Source: Chiloscyllium plagiosum (lineage: Eukaryota). From it: a stretch of DNA of 64,000 nucleotides. Both the position numbers and the translations under genes were made by a program. Below the pieces are notes generated by a model, which worked only from the letters and a program-made list of their open reading frames with translations, had not been told where the DNA came from and made no database searches. The stretch lies in assembly GCF_004010195.1 (NCBI RefSeq), contig NC_057728.1, positions 53,278,174-53,342,173 on the forward strand, written 5' to 3'. Positions 61,900-64,000 of the stretch are shown in pieces (position 1 is the stretch's first letter; each line of letters begins with the position of its first letter).

Positions 61900-62759
61900 G
61901 TAAGCTACCTCTCACAATTGTCTTACAACCTTGACTCTGGAGGTGGTCACTCATGCACAGAATTGCTTCATGATGTGCCCTGGCCAGCAGTAGTGTTGAG
62001 GTCTTGATCCAGATCAAGGACTTGCCTCAGTGCAGTGACCCTCCCATGGTATGAGAGGGCTGCTAAACTGGGTGCTTTTCGGTCCCTGTGCTCCTCCTGC
62101 ATGGCCATCTGATGCTGGGCTGGGGGAGAGAGGGCTAGGCTGGAGGAACAGCTTGAAGGGCCTGACCATAATGGAGCTGACAAATCCAAGCATGGCCAAT
62201 GTGGGTGGTCAATCCCTCCTAAGGCTGTGCTTCAATGCTTTATATCCTTATTATGCCTGAGGCCTTCCTTCATCAATGGGCAGGGACAGACTGGAATGCT
62301 TTGAGGACAAAGGGATCAAAATGAAAACAGTCAGTTTTTTTAAAGCTAATTTTGTCATTAATTAGAACTCCAATTTATGCCAACCTAAACAGGATAGAGA
62401 AGTGCTCGTGTATCTTAGCTGATTAGTCAAACTGGCCTTACTAAGCAATGTTCGTATTGCAGTCCTTCTTTATTTCATCACATTTTGCCCGATCATGTGG
62501 TGGTTATGTTACAGCTAGAAATGTACAGACCCGATTCAGCATGTTCAAATCCTATCACAGTTGTGTGGAAATTTAAAGTGAGCTTTATAAAATACTGACA
62601 CCAATTACACTGACCCATTAAGCTGAAATTTGTTGTTAAAAAAAAATTTCGTTGACCACATCCTTCACTGAAGGAAGCCTGATCCTCTCCATTTGTTGAA
62701 GGGACTTGGGCATTGCTGGCCAAGCTAGAAGGCCATTCAACCCATCAAGCCTGTCCTGC

Positions 62760-63200
62760 CATTCAATGCAATCATGACTAATCAAACACTTCAACTCTCA
62801 ATTTCATAAAGGTTTATGGGGATAATCAGAAATCTATCAATCTCTACCACAAACGTAGTCAAAGACTGAGCTTCCAAAGATTTCTGAATTAGATAATTCT
62901 GAAAGTTCACAACCTTCTAAGGAAAAAAAAATTCTCATCTCAGATCCAAGTGGCATTCCCCTTATTTTAAAAATCGTGTTTCTTGGTTCTCGATGCCTCA
63001 ACCAGGGGAAACATCTTACTTGCATCTACTCTGTCGATCACTTTCAGTATTCTGAAAGTTTCGCTTAGATTTTCTCTCATTCTTCAAAACTCTAGAGTAC
63101 AGGTCCAGTTTTCCCAATCTCACTTCTCAGGTTAGCCCTGCCATCCCTGGAAGAAATCCCTGCAACGATATCTTTCCCGAGATAAGGAGACCGAAGTTCA
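62760..63200 (-). mobile_element. Degenerate CR1 3' fragment
   Basis: Similar to other old CR1 3' ends in the window (for example 48480-48930 and 26740-27010). Confidence 0.65.
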
Positions 63201-64000
63201 TTGGCTGGACCATCGTTTGCTGCCCATCCCTAATTGCACTAAGCAGCTTGCTGGGTCATTTCTGGGGCAGTTAAGAGTCAACCTCACTGCTGTGAGTCTA
63301 GAATCACATGTTGGCCACACCTAGTAAGGAAGACAGATTTACTTCCCTTAAGAACATTAGTCAAGCCGATAGGCTTTAACCACGATTGTTAATAGCTGTT
63401 GTACTCATTATTTCAGAAACAAGCTTGAATTTTTAAAAACTGCATTTAAAATCCACCAGCTAGGATTTGAACCCACATTCCAAGAGCTTTATCCTAGACC
63501 CTTTGGACTACTAGTCCAAAGAGATTACCACTGGGTCATCCTTTCCATTCATGGCGAGGGGCAAGAATATTTGCTCTGGTATGTGCTGGGGTTGGGGTGT
63601 GGGGGAATGTCAATTCACAACCAATTGTTTTACATCTCCGAAAGTTTTTTAATGCCTCCTAAATATCTCTAACAAGTTCCTTCTCACCGAAGTGCAAAGG
63701 GATCTGAAGCACCATTGTCTTATTGCAACCTTCTGTGTTCCACTCAGCCTCTGCTGACAAACACAGAACAATGTGGCCATGAGACATTCTCAAGCAGAGC
63801 CCACATTGTGAGTCACTAACTCAGGAATTTCTCTTTCCCTGCTCTCTTTCCGTCCTCTTGAACTCAGAGTAACCTTCTCCAATCAATAGAATTTCTGACC
63901 TGCCTGTTGGTTCTTGTGGAAGTTGTCATCCTCTCATTTAAGTATATGAAAGTGATTGAATGGGACGGGTTAAGGAACCCAAACAGGCCAAACTGGCTGA

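Noticed and set aside
61735..62007. 90-aa ORF as an independent LRR gene
   Set aside because: Only 61787-61899 is decorin-like and bounded by splice sites; the rest is intron.

Overview
Repeat-rich vertebrate genomic DNA. The HE1/V-SINE plus CR1 repeat content suggests a cartilaginous fish (shark-like); this is an inference. The only host gene I can support is the 5' part of decorin (DCN) on the + strand: a candidate non-coding exon ending at 18400, the first coding exon at 34056-34265 (ATG at 34082), a 27.5-kb intron, and the next coding exon at 61787-61899. The gene continues past the window. Much of the rest is transposon-derived: CR1-type LINE fragments, HE1/V-SINEs and other SINEs, Penelope-like elements (RT and GIY-YIG fragments), a deleted Ty3/Gypsy element with one LTR and PBS, and a Tigger-like MITE. 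The most notable signal is a set of at least five Penelope-type terminal-repeat families carrying minimal hammerhead-ribozyme cores (CTGANGA...GAAA..TH) with co-varying helices. One family has inserted repeatedly as short (about 100-410 bp) TSD-flanked cassettes, often fold-back, including a perfect 94-bp-arm palindrome at 30282-30470. Most ORFs in the supplied track are spurious or TE fragments. All family assignments are by eye; no database searches were run, and repeat boundaries are approximate unless stated.
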